From an uncultured Acidobacteriota bacterium (GTDB lineage Bacteria; Acidobacteriota; JAQAZP01), in contig CAWIIB010000009.1 of NCBI GenBank assembly GCA_963836075.1, positions 1,216,001 through 1,280,000 of the forward strand: 64,000 bases of DNA, read 5' to 3'. The translations under genes were made by a program, and so were the position numbers. The notes under the pieces are model-generated. The model saw only the letters and a list, made by a program, of their open reading frames with translations, was not told the DNA's origin and did not search any database. Of the stretch, positions 43,237 through 53,597 are shown piece after piece. How positions within the stretch are numbered: position 1 is the stretch's first letter; every line of letters starts with the position of its first letter.

Positions 43237-44610
43237 ATGCCAGGGAAAAAACTCTTACGGGGAATGGCCGCGTGCCTCTTCCTGCTGCTGCTTTCAATCG
43301 CGCCTGCCTGCGCTCCGGACCGGACGGAACCCGCGACGCCGCCGAACATCCTGCTGATCTCCCTCGACACGCTGCGGGCGGACCACCTGGGCTGCTACGG
43401 GTATGCCCGTGACACCTCGCCCTTCCTCGATTCGCTGACCCGCCGGGGGACCTGGTTCCCCTGGTTCTTCATCAACACCCTGGGGACCACCCCGTCGCAC
43501 ACCACCATGCTCTCCTCGCTCTACCAGGAGACGCACAAGGTGGAGTACCACCACCTCGACGGCGAGTCCGCCTTCGACGTTATCCCCCAACAGATCGCCC
43601 TGCTGCCGCAGATCCTGAAAAGCGAGGGCTACTCCACCCTCGGCGTCTGCGGCGGCGGCCGCATGTCGCCAAAGTTCGGTTTCAACCGCGGGTTTGACGA
43701 ATACAAGCCGGTGGCCGAACTGGATCGGCAGATCGACAATATGGTGGGGCTGGTGCGACGGTACCGGGACGCCGGCACGCCGATGTTCGCGTTTTTCCAC
43801 ACCTACGAGGTCCATGCGCCCTATCTTCCGCCGCCGCACTACCGGGTTCATTTCGGTGAGTCCACGGGCCGCTACGAGGGCACCATCGAGAACCTGCAGC
43901 AGTTCAAGAACTCCGCTAACCGGAATCTGACCAAGCAGGATCTGGCCCACCTGGTCACCATGTATGACGCGGGCATCCGTTACACCGACGAGAGGCTGAA
44001 GTGGATGTTCGCCCGGCTGCGCCGGCTGGGGTTTATGGACAACTGCCTGGTGGTGATCACCTCCGACCACGGGGAAGAGTTCGCCGAGCATGGCGGTCTG
44101 CTCCACCGGGCGTTGAACTACGAGGAATTCATCCACGTGCCGCTGATCATTCTGGGGCCCGGAGTCCCGCAGGGGGTGATGGACCACCGGTTGGCCGAGG
44201 CGGTGGACATCACCCGGACCATCCTCACCTATGCGGGTTTCGAACCGCTGCAGGGGATGGAAGGTTTCGATCTGCTGGCCCCGGCACCGGCGGAGCGGGA
44301 CGGTCCCGAGGCCACCATCTTTGCCCAGGCCGGCAATGTCTGGTACACCATTCGCACCCGGGACTGGAAACTGATCCACAACAACAAGGTGGACCGGGTG
44401 AAATTGTTCCACCTGGGGAGCGATCCGGCCGAGCGCCGCAACCTGGCTAACCGCCGGCAGGCCCGGCGCGACGCCATGATGCGGCGTCTGGAGCGCTGGA
44501 AGTCGGAACGGATGGTTCTGCCCGACGAACGGCAGCAGGCCGAGATGACCCGTGAGGAACTGGATATGCTCAAGGAACTCGGGTACGTGTATGACGATAC
44601 CGGGGACTGA
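43237..44610 (+). CDS. Sulfatase-like hydrolase/transferase, exported or lipoprotein
   Basis: LDTLRAD, TTPSH, TSDHGEE; ends LKELGYV. Confidence 0.85.
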   Translation: MPGKKLLRGMAACLFLLLLSIAPACAPDRTEPATPPNILLISLDTLRADHLGCYGYARDTSPFLDSLTRRGTWFPWFFINTLGTTPSHTTMLSSLYQETHKVEYHHLDGESAFDVIPQQIALLPQILKSEGYSTLGVCGGGRMSPKFGFNRGFDEYKPVAELDRQIDNMVGLVRRYRDAGTPMFAFFHTYEVHAPYLPPPHYRVHFGESTGRYEGTIENLQQFKNSANRNLTKQDLAHLVTMYDAGIRYTDERLKWMFARLRRLGFMDNCLVVITSDHGEEFAEHGGLLHRALNYEEFIHVPLIILGPGVPQGVMDHRLAEAVDITRTILTYAGFEPLQGMEGFDLLAPAPAERDGPEATIFAQAGNVWYTIRTRDWKLIHNNKVDRVKLFHLGSDPAERRNLANRRQARRDAMMRRLERWKSERMVLPDERQQAEMTREELDMLKELGYVYDDTGD

Positions 44611-46534
44611 GAGATTCAGCAGGCTGGAATGGCTCGGCCTCGCCGCGCTCCTCGTCGCGGCCACGGCGTCGCTGGTCTGGGGCTGGCGACTGTTCTGGTT
44701 CCTCACCGACGATGCCTTCATCTCCTTTCGCTATGTCAGCAACAGCCTCGCCGGCCACGGATACGTCTGGAACCCGCCGCCCTTCCGCCCCGTGGAAGGC
44801 TATACCAGCTTCCTCTGGGTGGCGCTGCTGGACGGGGCCTGGCGGCTGTTCGGGGCGCCGCCGCCGGTGTCGGCGAACCTGATCTCCCTGGCCTTTTCCT
44901 GGGCCACGCTACTCCTCGGTGTCACCATGGTGCTGCGGCTGGCGTCCGGCGGCCGGCTGGCCCGGCACCGACTGCTGCTGGCCGTGCTCTTTGTTTTTGG
45001 TACGCTCACCAATCGCACCTTCCTCGCCTGGACCAGCTCCGGCCTGGAGACGGCCATGTTCAACTTCTTTCTCCTGCTCTGGGTCTTCTGCGGCCTCATG
45101 CTGCCACGGGGGGGGACTGGTCGGCCGGCGGGACTTGCCGTCTCGGCGACGCTGATCTATCTCACCCGTCCGGACGGGCTGCTCTTTGCCGCGGCCACCG
45201 TCGCCCTGCTGTTGCTTGACGCCCTTGACGGTCGGGGGCCCGCCGTTCGCCGGGCAGCCGGCCGGCTGGCGGCGGCGCTGCCCCTCCTGGGGATTCCGGC
45301 GCACCTTCTCTGGCGGCACCGGGTCTATGGTGAATGGCTGCCCAACACCTATTTTGCCAAGCACACCGCCGGGCGGATCTGGCCGGAGAGCGGAGTGCGC
45401 TATCTGGCTTCGTTTCTGGTGGAGTATTCCTTCTGGACCGTGGCCCTGGTGTTTCTGGTGCTGCTGGCAGTGCTGGTCCGGAAACAGGGGATCGCCAACT
45501 GCCTGAGCCGGCCCGTCGTTTTCGCCGCACCGGCGGAAAACAGCACCGGGGTCGGGATGGCCCGCTTCGCTCATCCGGCGGCCTGGGCCGTCTTCGCGGT
45601 TCCGGCCGTGACCGGCCTGCTGCTCCTGCTTTCCGGCCGGGTGCACCAGGGGCTGTTCTGCCTCCTGGTCGGCCTCTTTGCCCTGGCCGTCCTGGGGGTC
45701 CTGAGGATCTCGCCCGCCGCCGCCGTGGTCTCTTCGACCCTTCTGGCCCACGCCTGGTACTACACGGTGGTCATCGGTGGGGACCACTTCGAGTTCAGGG
45801 TGTACAGCCACCTGGTGCCGCTGCTGCTGCTGGCCCTGTTCTGGATGCTCCTGGAACTGGGGATGCGCGCCCGGCTCCTCGTCCCGCTGGTCCTGCTGGC
45901 CCTGGCGCTCTCCTGGCCCGTGCAGTGGACCCACTATGCCCTTTCGCGCAACCGGGTGCAGTGGAGCCAGTTCAAGTTCATGAAGGTCTCGGTGCTGCAG
46001 GGTCTTGAAGAGCGGTACGGGCGGCTGCCCCAACCGCTTCGCGGCTATCTTCACCGATACGACCGGATGCAGTTCTGGCTCATCGACCACGCCGTCTGCA
46101 TGCGGCACCAGGAGCACAAGGGCGTGTGCCTGCACCGGATACGGACTCTGCCGACCCGGGAGGAGGGCCTGCGGATCAGTCCCGACGGCTTCCCGGTGAT
46201 CACCGAGGGTTCGGTGGGTGTGACCTCCTGGGTGCTGCCCCGGGTCAACGTGATCGACGTGCGGGGGCTCAACGACTATATTATTGCACGGCACCGGAGT
46301 GCACGGCACCGGAGTTCCAGGCAGCAGAGCGGGGACGAGGTGCGGCTGATGGCCCACGAGCGGACGCCGCCGCCGGGCTATCTGGACTGTTTCCGGCCCA
46401 ACGTCACCATCGTCGGCGGAGTGGCCGTGGTCCGGGTGCGGGACCGGGAACTGACCGGCAGGGAGATCATCGACTGTGAGGAGCATTTTGCGAATCTGGT
46501 GGGAGAGGACCGGTCCGGAGTCGGGGATGAGTAG
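44591..46534 (+). CDS. Polytopic GT-C-like membrane glycosyltransferase
   Basis: DDAFISFRY, VEGYTS, SGLET, TRPDG, LPNTYFAK, GGD, VIDVRGL. Confidence 0.7.
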   Translation: MTIPGTERFSRLEWLGLAALLVAATASLVWGWRLFWFLTDDAFISFRYVSNSLAGHGYVWNPPPFRPVEGYTSFLWVALLDGAWRLFGAPPPVSANLISLAFSWATLLLGVTMVLRLASGGRLARHRLLLAVLFVFGTLTNRTFLAWTSSGLETAMFNFFLLLWVFCGLMLPRGGTGRPAGLAVSATLIYLTRPDGLLFAAATVALLLLDALDGRGPAVRRAAGRLAAALPLLGIPAHLLWRHRVYGEWLPNTYFAKHTAGRIWPESGVRYLASFLVEYSFWTVALVFLVLLAVLVRKQGIANCLSRPVVFAAPAENSTGVGMARFAHPAAWAVFAVPAVTGLLLLLSGRVHQGLFCLLVGLFALAVLGVLRISPAAAVVSSTLLAHAWYYTVVIGGDHFEFRVYSHLVPLLLLALFWMLLELGMRARLLVPLVLLALALSWPVQWTHYALSRNRVQWSQFKFMKVSVLQGLEERYGRLPQPLRGYLHRYDRMQFWLIDHAVCMRHQEHKGVCLHRIRTLPTREEGLRISPDGFPVITEGSVGVTSWVLPRVNVIDVRGLNDYIIARHRSARHRSSRQQSGDEVRLMAHERTPPPGYLDCFRPNVTIVGGVAVVRVRDRELTGREIIDCEEHFANLVGEDRSGVGDE

Positions 46535-47840
46535 GCGGGCGATCATAGTGCTGTCCGCCATTTTCATGGTGTTATCCGGCTGCGGCGGTGGTGAGCCCGC
46601 GGCGGATACGGATGTGCCGCCGGAACCGGTGGCCGCCGAGACCACACCCGCGGCGGCCGGGCCGGAGCAGCCGTCCACCGGGAGGTGGCACCGGGCCGGC
46701 GCCCGTCCGGGCGGGATGTCGGCGGAAGACGAGGCGGTGGTCCAGCAACTGGAGGCCATCGGCTACGTCTCGGGATCCCAGCCCGCCCCGTCGCAGATGG
46801 ACGTGACGGTCCATGATCGGGACGCGGCGTACAACGGCCTGAACCTCTATGTCTCGGGTCACGGGCCCGAAGCCGTGCTGATGGACATGGAGGGCCGCGA
46901 ACTCCACCGCTGGCGCTACCCGTTTCACGACGTCTGGCCCGACTGGAAGTTCAACGAGGAGAATGTGAACTGGCAGTTCTGGCGCCGCGTGCACCTTTTC
47001 GAAAACGGCGACCTGCTGGCCATCTTCGAGGGGTTCGGCCTGATCAAGCTGGACAAGGACTCCAACCTGCTCTGGGCCTTCGACGGCAAGGCCCACCACG
47101 ACCTGCAGGTGGCCGGCGACGGCCGGATCTACACCCTGACCCGGGAGGCCGTGGTCGATCCCAAATACCACGAGGGTGAGTGGATCCTCGACAATTTCAT
47201 CAGCGTCCTCAGCCCTGACGGAGTCGAACTCGAGCGGGTGTCGCTTCTGCGGTGCCTGGAGAACTCCGACTACGCGCCGGTGCTCAGCCGGATGCCGGAG
47301 TGGGGCGATATCTTCCACAGCAACACGGTGGAACTGCTGGACGGCCGGCTGGAGCACCGGTCGCCCGCCTTCCGCGCGGGCAACGTGCTGGTTTCCATCC
47401 TGCATCTCGACCTGGTGGGGGTGGTGGACATGGAGGCCGGCCGCATGGCCTGGGCCCTCACCGGCCTGTGGCGGCAGCAGCACCAGCCCACCATGCTGGA
47501 CAGCGGGAACATGCTGGTTTTCGACAACCTGGGCAATGGCGGCAAGACCCGGATCCTCGAGCTGGATCCCCTGACCCAGCAGATCCACTGGATCTATACC
47601 GGCACGCCCGAGAATACCCTCTGCTCGAAGGATTGCGGGTCGAGCGCCGTGCTGCCCAATGGAAACGTGCTGATCACCGAATCCAACACCGGCCGGGCGC
47701 TGGAGGTGACCAGGGACAAGCGGGTGGTCTGGGAGTTCTTCAACCCCCACCGCGCCGGGGCGGATGACGAGCTGATCGCCACCCTTTTCGAGGTGGTTCG
47801 CCTGGAGCCGGACTTCCCGCTCCACTGGCTGGCCCCCTGA
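46527..47840 (+). CDS. Arylsulfotransferase (ASST)-like lipoprotein
   Basis: LSGC lipobox; HHD, DIFHSN, QH, VFDN, LPNGNVLITE. Confidence 0.8.
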   Translation: MSRRAIIVLSAIFMVLSGCGGGEPAADTDVPPEPVAAETTPAAAGPEQPSTGRWHRAGARPGGMSAEDEAVVQQLEAIGYVSGSQPAPSQMDVTVHDRDAAYNGLNLYVSGHGPEAVLMDMEGRELHRWRYPFHDVWPDWKFNEENVNWQFWRRVHLFENGDLLAIFEGFGLIKLDKDSNLLWAFDGKAHHDLQVAGDGRIYTLTREAVVDPKYHEGEWILDNFISVLSPDGVELERVSLLRCLENSDYAPVLSRMPEWGDIFHSNTVELLDGRLEHRSPAFRAGNVLVSILHLDLVGVVDMEAGRMAWALTGLWRQQHQPTMLDSGNMLVFDNLGNGGKTRILELDPLTQQIHWIYTGTPENTLCSKDCGSSAVLPNGNVLITESNTGRALEVTRDKRVVWEFFNPHRAGADDELIATLFEVVRLEPDFPLHWLAP

Positions 47841-47849
47841 TATTTTTCA

Positions 47850-47906
47850 TTGACCACGCCGGGTGAAGCTGTTAGGTTTATTATCAGGAAATGTTGTGAC
47901 CTGATA
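47850..47906 (+). promoter_or_regulatory. Putative sigma70 promoter with downstream IR
   Basis: TTGACC-N17-TAGGTT; TATCAGG/CCTGATA. Confidence 0.45.
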
Positions 47907-47988
47907 TGACCGTGAGCGTGACGCCCGGGACCAGGGGGCCCTGCTCCCGATTCGCCGTTAACGCCTCGCAGTACCGGACCGGGCGGCC

Positions 47989-49743
47989 ATGCGCTTCAAC
48001 ATCCAGTTCAAAATGCTCGTGGGCTACCTCCTGGTGGTGTTGCTCGTCTCGGTGGGCAGCTGGTGGAGCGTCGAAATCCTTGAACAGACCTGGGCTGATC
48101 AGGAAGAAATAGCTGATTTCCGCGAGGCGGAGGAGAGACTTGAGGATTACTCTTCCGCATTACATCTGACCAGCTTGATTCAACTCGACAAGCTGCGCAT
48201 GAAATCGCTGGCCCTGGACCCGCGCCCAGCCGTTTTCTCCACGGCCACGCCCGATCCGGAGGCCACTGGAGTGCTGCAGGGCCTGGAAGTTGCGAACGGT
48301 GACGGCTCAGACGATGAAACATATTACGCTGAGACGTTCGACAAGACCGCGAATGACGTCGATGAGCAACTGCATCAACTGCTTGACTTATTGCTGCGGC
48401 TTGATGATTCGGCGGTGATGCAGAGGGTTCAGGCCAGAGACGGGAAAAGACCTCCGTCGGAAGTTTTACGATACATCCTGGCCGATTTTATCGAGTACCG
48501 GCGGCTGTTCCACCTGGAACTGCAATCTCCTCGGAGTGAGGAGGAATTGGAATTCAGTGAGGACGACTGGCATCCCCTGGTGATCTCGATTCGCGACAGA
48601 ATCTCCGAAGATGTGATGGTTCCTGTTACCGAAGCCCGAAAAGAACTCAAGAATATTGCGTTGCAGCACAAGAGGAAAGGGAAACGTCTGGCAACGGTGC
48701 TTCCACTGCTGCCCGGTCTGATCGCCTTGCTCCTCTCCATTCTGATCACCAGGCGAGTTGCCAATCCGATCCGCGAGCTGCGCCGGGCCACCGAGCGTAT
48801 TGCAGGTGGAGATTTCTCCAAACCGATTCAGGTGCGATCCCGCGATGAGGTCGGCGACCTGGCCCGGGCGATGAACCGGATGAGCCAGCGTCTGGCCGAA
48901 CTGGACGAGATGAAGTCCGGCTTCCTGTTCAACGTCTCCCACGAGTTGAAGACTCCGTTGACCTCGATCAAGGAAGCGGCGGCGCTGCTGCAGGAGGAAG
49001 TGCCGGGGCCGGTCAACGACAAACAGCAACGCCTGCTGGCGATCATCAGTGCCGAAACACGGATCTTGATCGGGATGATCGTCGATCTGTTGGACCTGGC
49101 GCGCATGGAAGCCGGCCGCATGGGCTACAAGTTCGAGCGCACCTCGCCCGGAGCCATCGTCCGGCGGGCGGTGGACGAGTTGCAGTTCATGGCCCAGCGC
49201 CGGGGCGTGATCCTGACCGTCGAGGAGGCGCCGCAGGTGGGCAATTTTATCCTCGACGGGGACAAGTTGATCAACGCAGTGAAAAACCTGGTGGGCAACG
49301 CGATCAAGTTCTCGCCCCGTGGCGGGGACGTGGTGATCCGCACCAGGCTGGGCCCGCCGTCGGCGGAGCCTGTGGGAGAGGGCGAGGCGTTCTGGTCCAC
49401 CAGCGGGACCGACCGGCCGGACCGGGTCCGGGCGCCGTCGGTGCTGATCTCGGTGAGCGACCAGGGGCCGGGAATCCCGGAGCGGGATCTGCCCCTGATT
49501 TTCGAGAAGTTCTACCAGTCGGAGCGCCGGAGCGACTCCAAGGTCAAGGGCACCGGTCTGGGGCTGGCCATCGTGAGGCACGTTGTGGAGGCCCATGGTG
49601 GTTCGGTGGCGGTGCGCAGTGCCCCGGCAAGCGGAAGCACCTTTACCATCTCCCTGCCTCTGCCGGCAGGATCAGGACTGCGGGAGCCGGCTGATCGCCG
49701 TCCCTCCGTGGCCCCTCTCGAGGTGAAACCTGATGCGGTATGA
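47989..49743 (+). CDS. HAMP sensor histidine kinase
   Basis: Two TM helices, HAMP, SHELKTPL, N/G boxes. Confidence 0.95.
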   Translation: MRFNIQFKMLVGYLLVVLLVSVGSWWSVEILEQTWADQEEIADFREAEERLEDYSSALHLTSLIQLDKLRMKSLALDPRPAVFSTATPDPEATGVLQGLEVANGDGSDDETYYAETFDKTANDVDEQLHQLLDLLLRLDDSAVMQRVQARDGKRPPSEVLRYILADFIEYRRLFHLELQSPRSEEELEFSEDDWHPLVISIRDRISEDVMVPVTEARKELKNIALQHKRKGKRLATVLPLLPGLIALLLSILITRRVANPIRELRRATERIAGGDFSKPIQVRSRDEVGDLARAMNRMSQRLAELDEMKSGFLFNVSHELKTPLTSIKEAAALLQEEVPGPVNDKQQRLLAIISAETRILIGMIVDLLDLARMEAGRMGYKFERTSPGAIVRRAVDELQFMAQRRGVILTVEEAPQVGNFILDGDKLINAVKNLVGNAIKFSPRGGDVVIRTRLGPPSAEPVGEGEAFWSTSGTDRPDRVRAPSVLISVSDQGPGIPERDLPLIFEKFYQSERRSDSKVKGTGLGLAIVRHVVEAHGGSVAVRSAPASGSTFTISLPLPAGSGLREPADRRPSVAPLEVKPDAV

Positions 49744-50389
49744 AGCAATTCGAAAAGGGGGATCCCTTGTGATGTTGCTGGCCGCCCTCGCCGGACTCAC
49801 TGGCTGCAACCTGATGCGTGGCAAACCTGAGCCGCCGCAGCCTTCAGCTTCGGAGCAGCTGACAATCCAGGCCGACGAGGCCTGGCGGGCCCGTGACTTC
49901 GAGGAGGCCCGCCGGCTCTACGGGATGATCGCCGAGAGCTTTCCCGGCGACCCGGCCCGCGAAGGGGCGTTACTGCGGCTGGCGGCGATGGATGTGGTCC
50001 TGCCCGGTGACGGTCCGGATGTGAAAAAAACTCTCGAACTGCTGGCTCTCATGGATCAGAATGTAATGACAGCCGGCCAGGCCGTCTTGCGGGAGGCGCT
50101 GCTCAAGCTGCTCGACCTTTACAGCAGAAACCGCGAGGCGATCCGGATGCTGTCGGACTTGAGCCGTCGCCAGGAAGCCCAGCTGGACAGCCGGGAGCTC
50201 GAGGCGATCCGCCAGAAAGCGAGCCTCTACCAGTGGCGCCTCGACGTGGACCAGGCCAACCAGCGAGTGGAGCAGATGGAACTGGAACTGGACAAAATAC
50301 GGCAGGAGATCAAGCTGCTCAAGGACATCGACATGATGCTGCAGACGGAGACCGGGGAAGAACCGCCGCCTCCGCCTGATGAACAATGA
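49733..50389 (+). CDS. Helical lipoprotein with coiled coil (QseG-like position)
   Basis: LTGC lipobox; lies between kinase and regulator. Confidence 0.75.
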   Translation: MRYEAIRKGGSLVMLLAALAGLTGCNLMRGKPEPPQPSASEQLTIQADEAWRARDFEEARRLYGMIAESFPGDPAREGALLRLAAMDVVLPGDGPDVKKTLELLALMDQNVMTAGQAVLREALLKLLDLYSRNREAIRMLSDLSRRQEAQLDSRELEAIRQKASLYQWRLDVDQANQRVEQMELELDKIRQEIKLLKDIDMMLQTETGEEPPPPPDEQ

Positions 50390-50415
50390 TACTTTTTGTG
50401 GCATAAGGCAGTGTG

Positions 50416-51762
50416 ATGCCCAATAAAAAAATACTGGTAATCGACGATGACCGGAGCATTCTCGAAGTGCTCTCCATGCGTCTCGAATCCCACGGATATT
50501 CGGTGACCGCCCACGCCCTGGCCCGGGATGCGCTCTACGACTTCAAGCGGGCGATGTACCGGGCCGCGGTGGTGGACCTGAAGCTCGACCGGGAAAACGG
50601 GATCGAGGTGATGGAGCAGCTGCACGAGCACGACCCCGCACTGCCGGTGGTCATCATGACCGCTTACGGCACCATCGAGTCGACGGTGGAAGCCATGCGG
50701 CGCGGCGCCAGCGGGTACGTGACCAAGCCCTTCGAGATGGATGCGGTGCTCGAAGAGGTGGACCGTGCGGTGATGAGCCGGCGGGCCAAGCCGCCCGCCA
50801 CGTCCTATCTCGACGAGATCATCGGTGCTTCCCCGCCGCTGGAGCGGGTCAAGCAGCAGATCCTCCAGGTCTCATCCAGCGATTCCACGGTGCTGGTCCT
50901 CGGCGAGAGCGGCACCGGCAAGGAGTTGGTGGCCCGGGCGATCCACTCCTGCGGGCGGCGGGCCAACGGCCCGTTCATCGCGGTCAACTGCGGGGCAATC
51001 CCCGAGCCGCTGCAGGAGAGCGAGCTCTTCGGCCACGTCAAGGGAGCCTTCACCGGAGCGATTCGCGACAAAAGGGGTCTCTTCCGCCGGGCCGAGGGCG
51101 GTACGCTGCTTCTCGACGAGATAGCCGAAACCTCTCCGGCCTTCCAGGTGGGGCTATTGCGTGTATTGCAGGAGAAAGAGGTTCGTCCGGTGGGCGGCAA
51201 CAGCTCCGCCCGGGTCAATGTCCGTGTCCTGGCCGCCACCAATCGCAAACTGGACGAGGAGGTGAACAGGGGCAAGTTCCGCAAGGACCTTTTCTACCGC
51301 CTGCACGTCATCCCGCTGACCATCCCGCCGCTGCGCGAGCGCAAGGAAGACATCCCGCTGCTTGTGGCCCACTTCCTTAAACGCCTGGCCCGCACCTCAC
51401 CCGCCGGGGTCAAGAAGCTCGGCCCGGCCACCATCGAAGCGCTGCAGCATTACTCCTGGCCGGGCAACGTGCGTGAGTTGCAGAACGTTATCGAGCGGGC
51501 GGTTATCACGTCGCCCGCTGACGAGATCAAGGCCACCGACCTCGCCCTCTCCCGCATGGATTTCGACCATGACCCCGATGGGGAGCGGTTGCTCAACCTG
51601 CCCCCCGGCGGCATCTCTCTGGAGGCGATCGAAAAAGAGGCGATCCTTCAGGCGCTCCGCGCCCAGGACTGGGTGCAGAAGAAAGCCGGCGCCCTGCTCG
51701 GCATCAGCCCGCGGGTGATGACCTACAAGGTCAAGAAATACGGGATCACCAGGGAAAAGTAG
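50416..51762 (+). CDS. Sigma54-dependent response regulator (NtrC family)
   Basis: REC domain, GESGTGKE, GAFTGA, WPGNVREL, HTH. Confidence 0.95.
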   Translation: MPNKKILVIDDDRSILEVLSMRLESHGYSVTAHALARDALYDFKRAMYRAAVVDLKLDRENGIEVMEQLHEHDPALPVVIMTAYGTIESTVEAMRRGASGYVTKPFEMDAVLEEVDRAVMSRRAKPPATSYLDEIIGASPPLERVKQQILQVSSSDSTVLVLGESGTGKELVARAIHSCGRRANGPFIAVNCGAIPEPLQESELFGHVKGAFTGAIRDKRGLFRRAEGGTLLLDEIAETSPAFQVGLLRVLQEKEVRPVGGNSSARVNVRVLAATNRKLDEEVNRGKFRKDLFYRLHVIPLTIPPLRERKEDIPLLVAHFLKRLARTSPAGVKKLGPATIEALQHYSWPGNVRELQNVIERAVITSPADEIKATDLALSRMDFDHDPDGERLLNLPPGGISLEAIEKEAILQALRAQDWVQKKAGALLGISPRVMTYKVKKYGITREK

Positions 51763-51821
51763 CGACCGCGCTACACATTATTTCCGCGCGCTGCTTCCTC
51801 TTGTTCGCAGGCAGGGGCGCT

Positions 51822-52331
51822 CTATCGATGCGACCGCGATGACCGCACCAGGTAGAAGCTGATAACTGCAAATATCGAGATGAGTATCAGCGGTAAAAAT
51901 GCGACTCCCAGGCCGGCCCCGTTCCCGAGCGCCGTTTGAATCGTTCCCCAGAGGATCCATCCGAAGGTCCACACCAGGATCGCTTTCAGGCACACCACCA
52001 GTACCCGTGCTTGCAGATACTGAACGGGTGCATTCTCCGCTGTAATCGTCGAGAGATAGTTGAACTTCTGCGGATACCTCGACAGTATCGACAGGCCAAG
52101 GTAGAACACCACCGAGATCGCCGGAAGAATCAGCAACAAACCCTTGTCGCCCCAGGCATCGGGTTGCCCCGAAGCACCGAAGTGCTTCGGTATCTGATCG
52201 GGCAGCCGGTTCCAGTACCAGGCAGTCAGTGTGAGGGTGAGCACTACCCCGAAAAGCGCGAAGGACTCCATGGCCTTTTCGAAACCGGAGCGCGGAATCA
52301 CCAGAACCGGTCTCTTTTCAGTTTCCTTCAT
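51822..52331 (-). CDS. DUF1648 membrane protein
   Basis: LPDQIPKHFGASGQPDAWG plus TM helices. Confidence 0.8.
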   Translation of the reverse strand: MKETEKRPVLVIPRSGFEKAMESFALFGVVLTLTLTAWYWNRLPDQIPKHFGASGQPDAWGDKGLLLILPAISVVFYLGLSILSRYPQKFNYLSTITAENAPVQYLQARVLVVCLKAILVWTFGWILWGTIQTALGNGAGLGVAFLPLILISIFAVISFYLVRSSRSHR

Positions 52332-52470
52332 CGCCATCACCCTTCCATTCCGACCGTAAAATACCGAACACCATGTCATCGACCCATTCACCCTTGAGCC
52401 ACAGGCTCTCGCGGAAGTGAGCTTCTTTCCGCATGCCAACACGCTTGAGGAGCGCGATGCAGGGCTCGTT
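52318..52470 (-). pseudogene. RimJ/RimL-type GNAT C-terminal remnant
   Basis: NEPCIALLKRVGMRKEAHFRESLWLKGEWVDDMVFGILRSEW. Confidence 0.7.
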
Positions 52471-52504
52471 TCGCGCGAAGCGCCGCCTCGCAGTTTGCCT
52501 GACA

Positions 52505-52747
52505 TTACGTCTTGCGGGGAGTTTCATTCAGTTTTTCACGCCTTCTCCAAATCAGGAACAAGCTGAAACCTCCGATCAACGTTGCCAGCGACAGCAGCGC
52601 AAGGGAAGGAGTGAAGCAAAACACCGTTTTTTCGCCATAGAAGTAGCAGCCAGAATCGATAAACAGTTCAATCACACCAAGCATACCAAGCGCCACGGCC
52701 GTGAGCAGGAGAACGAGATTCAGAGCGGTAAACATTATAATTCTCAT
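52505..52747 (-). CDS. Small two-TM hypothetical protein
   Basis: 80 aa, two hydrophobic helices. Confidence 0.5.
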   Translation of the reverse strand: MRIIMFTALNLVLLLTAVALGMLGVIELFIDSGCYFYGEKTVFCFTPSLALLSLATLIGGFSLFLIWRRREKLNETPRKT

Positions 52748-52910
52748 AAGATATTCTCAAAAGAACTCAATACATTGGATTGCCGCTCTTTGTCTCCTTC
52801 GGCACTTCCTGGATGGCATTCTTCCTCTTTGCTTCCAGGTGGTTCGGGATATCTTCACTCCTGGTCAGGCCGTTCAAGATACCTCAACTCGTTGAGCAGG
52901 CAGGTCAATA

Positions 52911-53408
52911 TTACAGCCACATCCTGTCCAACCCGGCGGCGCGGCGCGCGTCAGCCAACTGACCGCGGTGCATATGCCAGTGATCGGCAACATACTGCAG
53001 GCAAAGGCGGTAGGTGCCGAAGGTGTCTTCGTAGCCTTCAGGTGTTTTCGCGCTAACCTTGTTGAGATCCTCTTCCGAGAGCGAATCAAGAAGAGCCAGC
53101 GTCCATGCGCGCATCTCACGACACTTGGCAACAACCTGGTCGAACGGGGGGAACTGGCTGATGTCACCGGTCGTGCCGGGTCCGTCGAAAAGTTCCTCCC
53201 ACCCGGCCAGCGGATTCGGTTCATCGAGCATGAACCTGCGGATAACAAGCGCCTCGATGTAGGCCAGGTGCCCAAGCACCCAAAGCGTGTGACCGCCCCC
53301 ATTCGGGGTCGGGAACACCACGCAATGCTCCCGCATCTCGTCGACGCGTGCGAGGACGCGGTTCATGCTCATCTCCAAATTGCTGCGTATCAGATCAATG
53401 GATTGCAT
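52911..53408 (-). CDS. DinB-family protein (cassette)
   Basis: W..GHLA and HWHMHRGQ motifs. Confidence 0.8.
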   Translation of the reverse strand: MQSIDLIRSNLEMSMNRVLARVDEMREHCVVFPTPNGGGHTLWVLGHLAYIEALVIRRFMLDEPNPLAGWEELFDGPGTTGDISQFPPFDQVVAKCREMRAWTLALLDSLSEEDLNKVSAKTPEGYEDTFGTYRLCLQYVADHWHMHRGQLADARRAAGLDRMWL

Positions 53409-53480
53409 ATGTCATTTACAACCATTAATTGTCGCTCTGCCTTTGAGTGTGTCGTTCCACTTCCAGGCCATGTTCGCACC

Positions 53481-53597
53481 GCCTGACGTCCTGCCCATCG
53501 CCTGATGGCAGGTGGCGCGGCCGTTGTCACCAGAAGAGCGACCATTTGTTAAGCAACAGACGTGACACCTGGCTGCCTGGGTATGGACTTGTTAGGT
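53481..53597 (-). repeat. attC family B, degenerate
   Basis: GCCTGAC..CCCATCGCCTG..GTTAGGT; the GNAT stop codon lies in the core. Confidence 0.7.

Noticed and set aside
2934-49596. Long antisense ORFs (e.g. 6991-8868, 11205-12800, 41460-42926, 44909-46759)
   Set aside because: Shadow frames of high-GC genes whose motifs are on the opposite strand
52800-52870. attC with a GTC core pairing to GCCTGAC at 53481
   Set aside because: The 7-mer match is present but there is no convincing stem or second core; it may be chance
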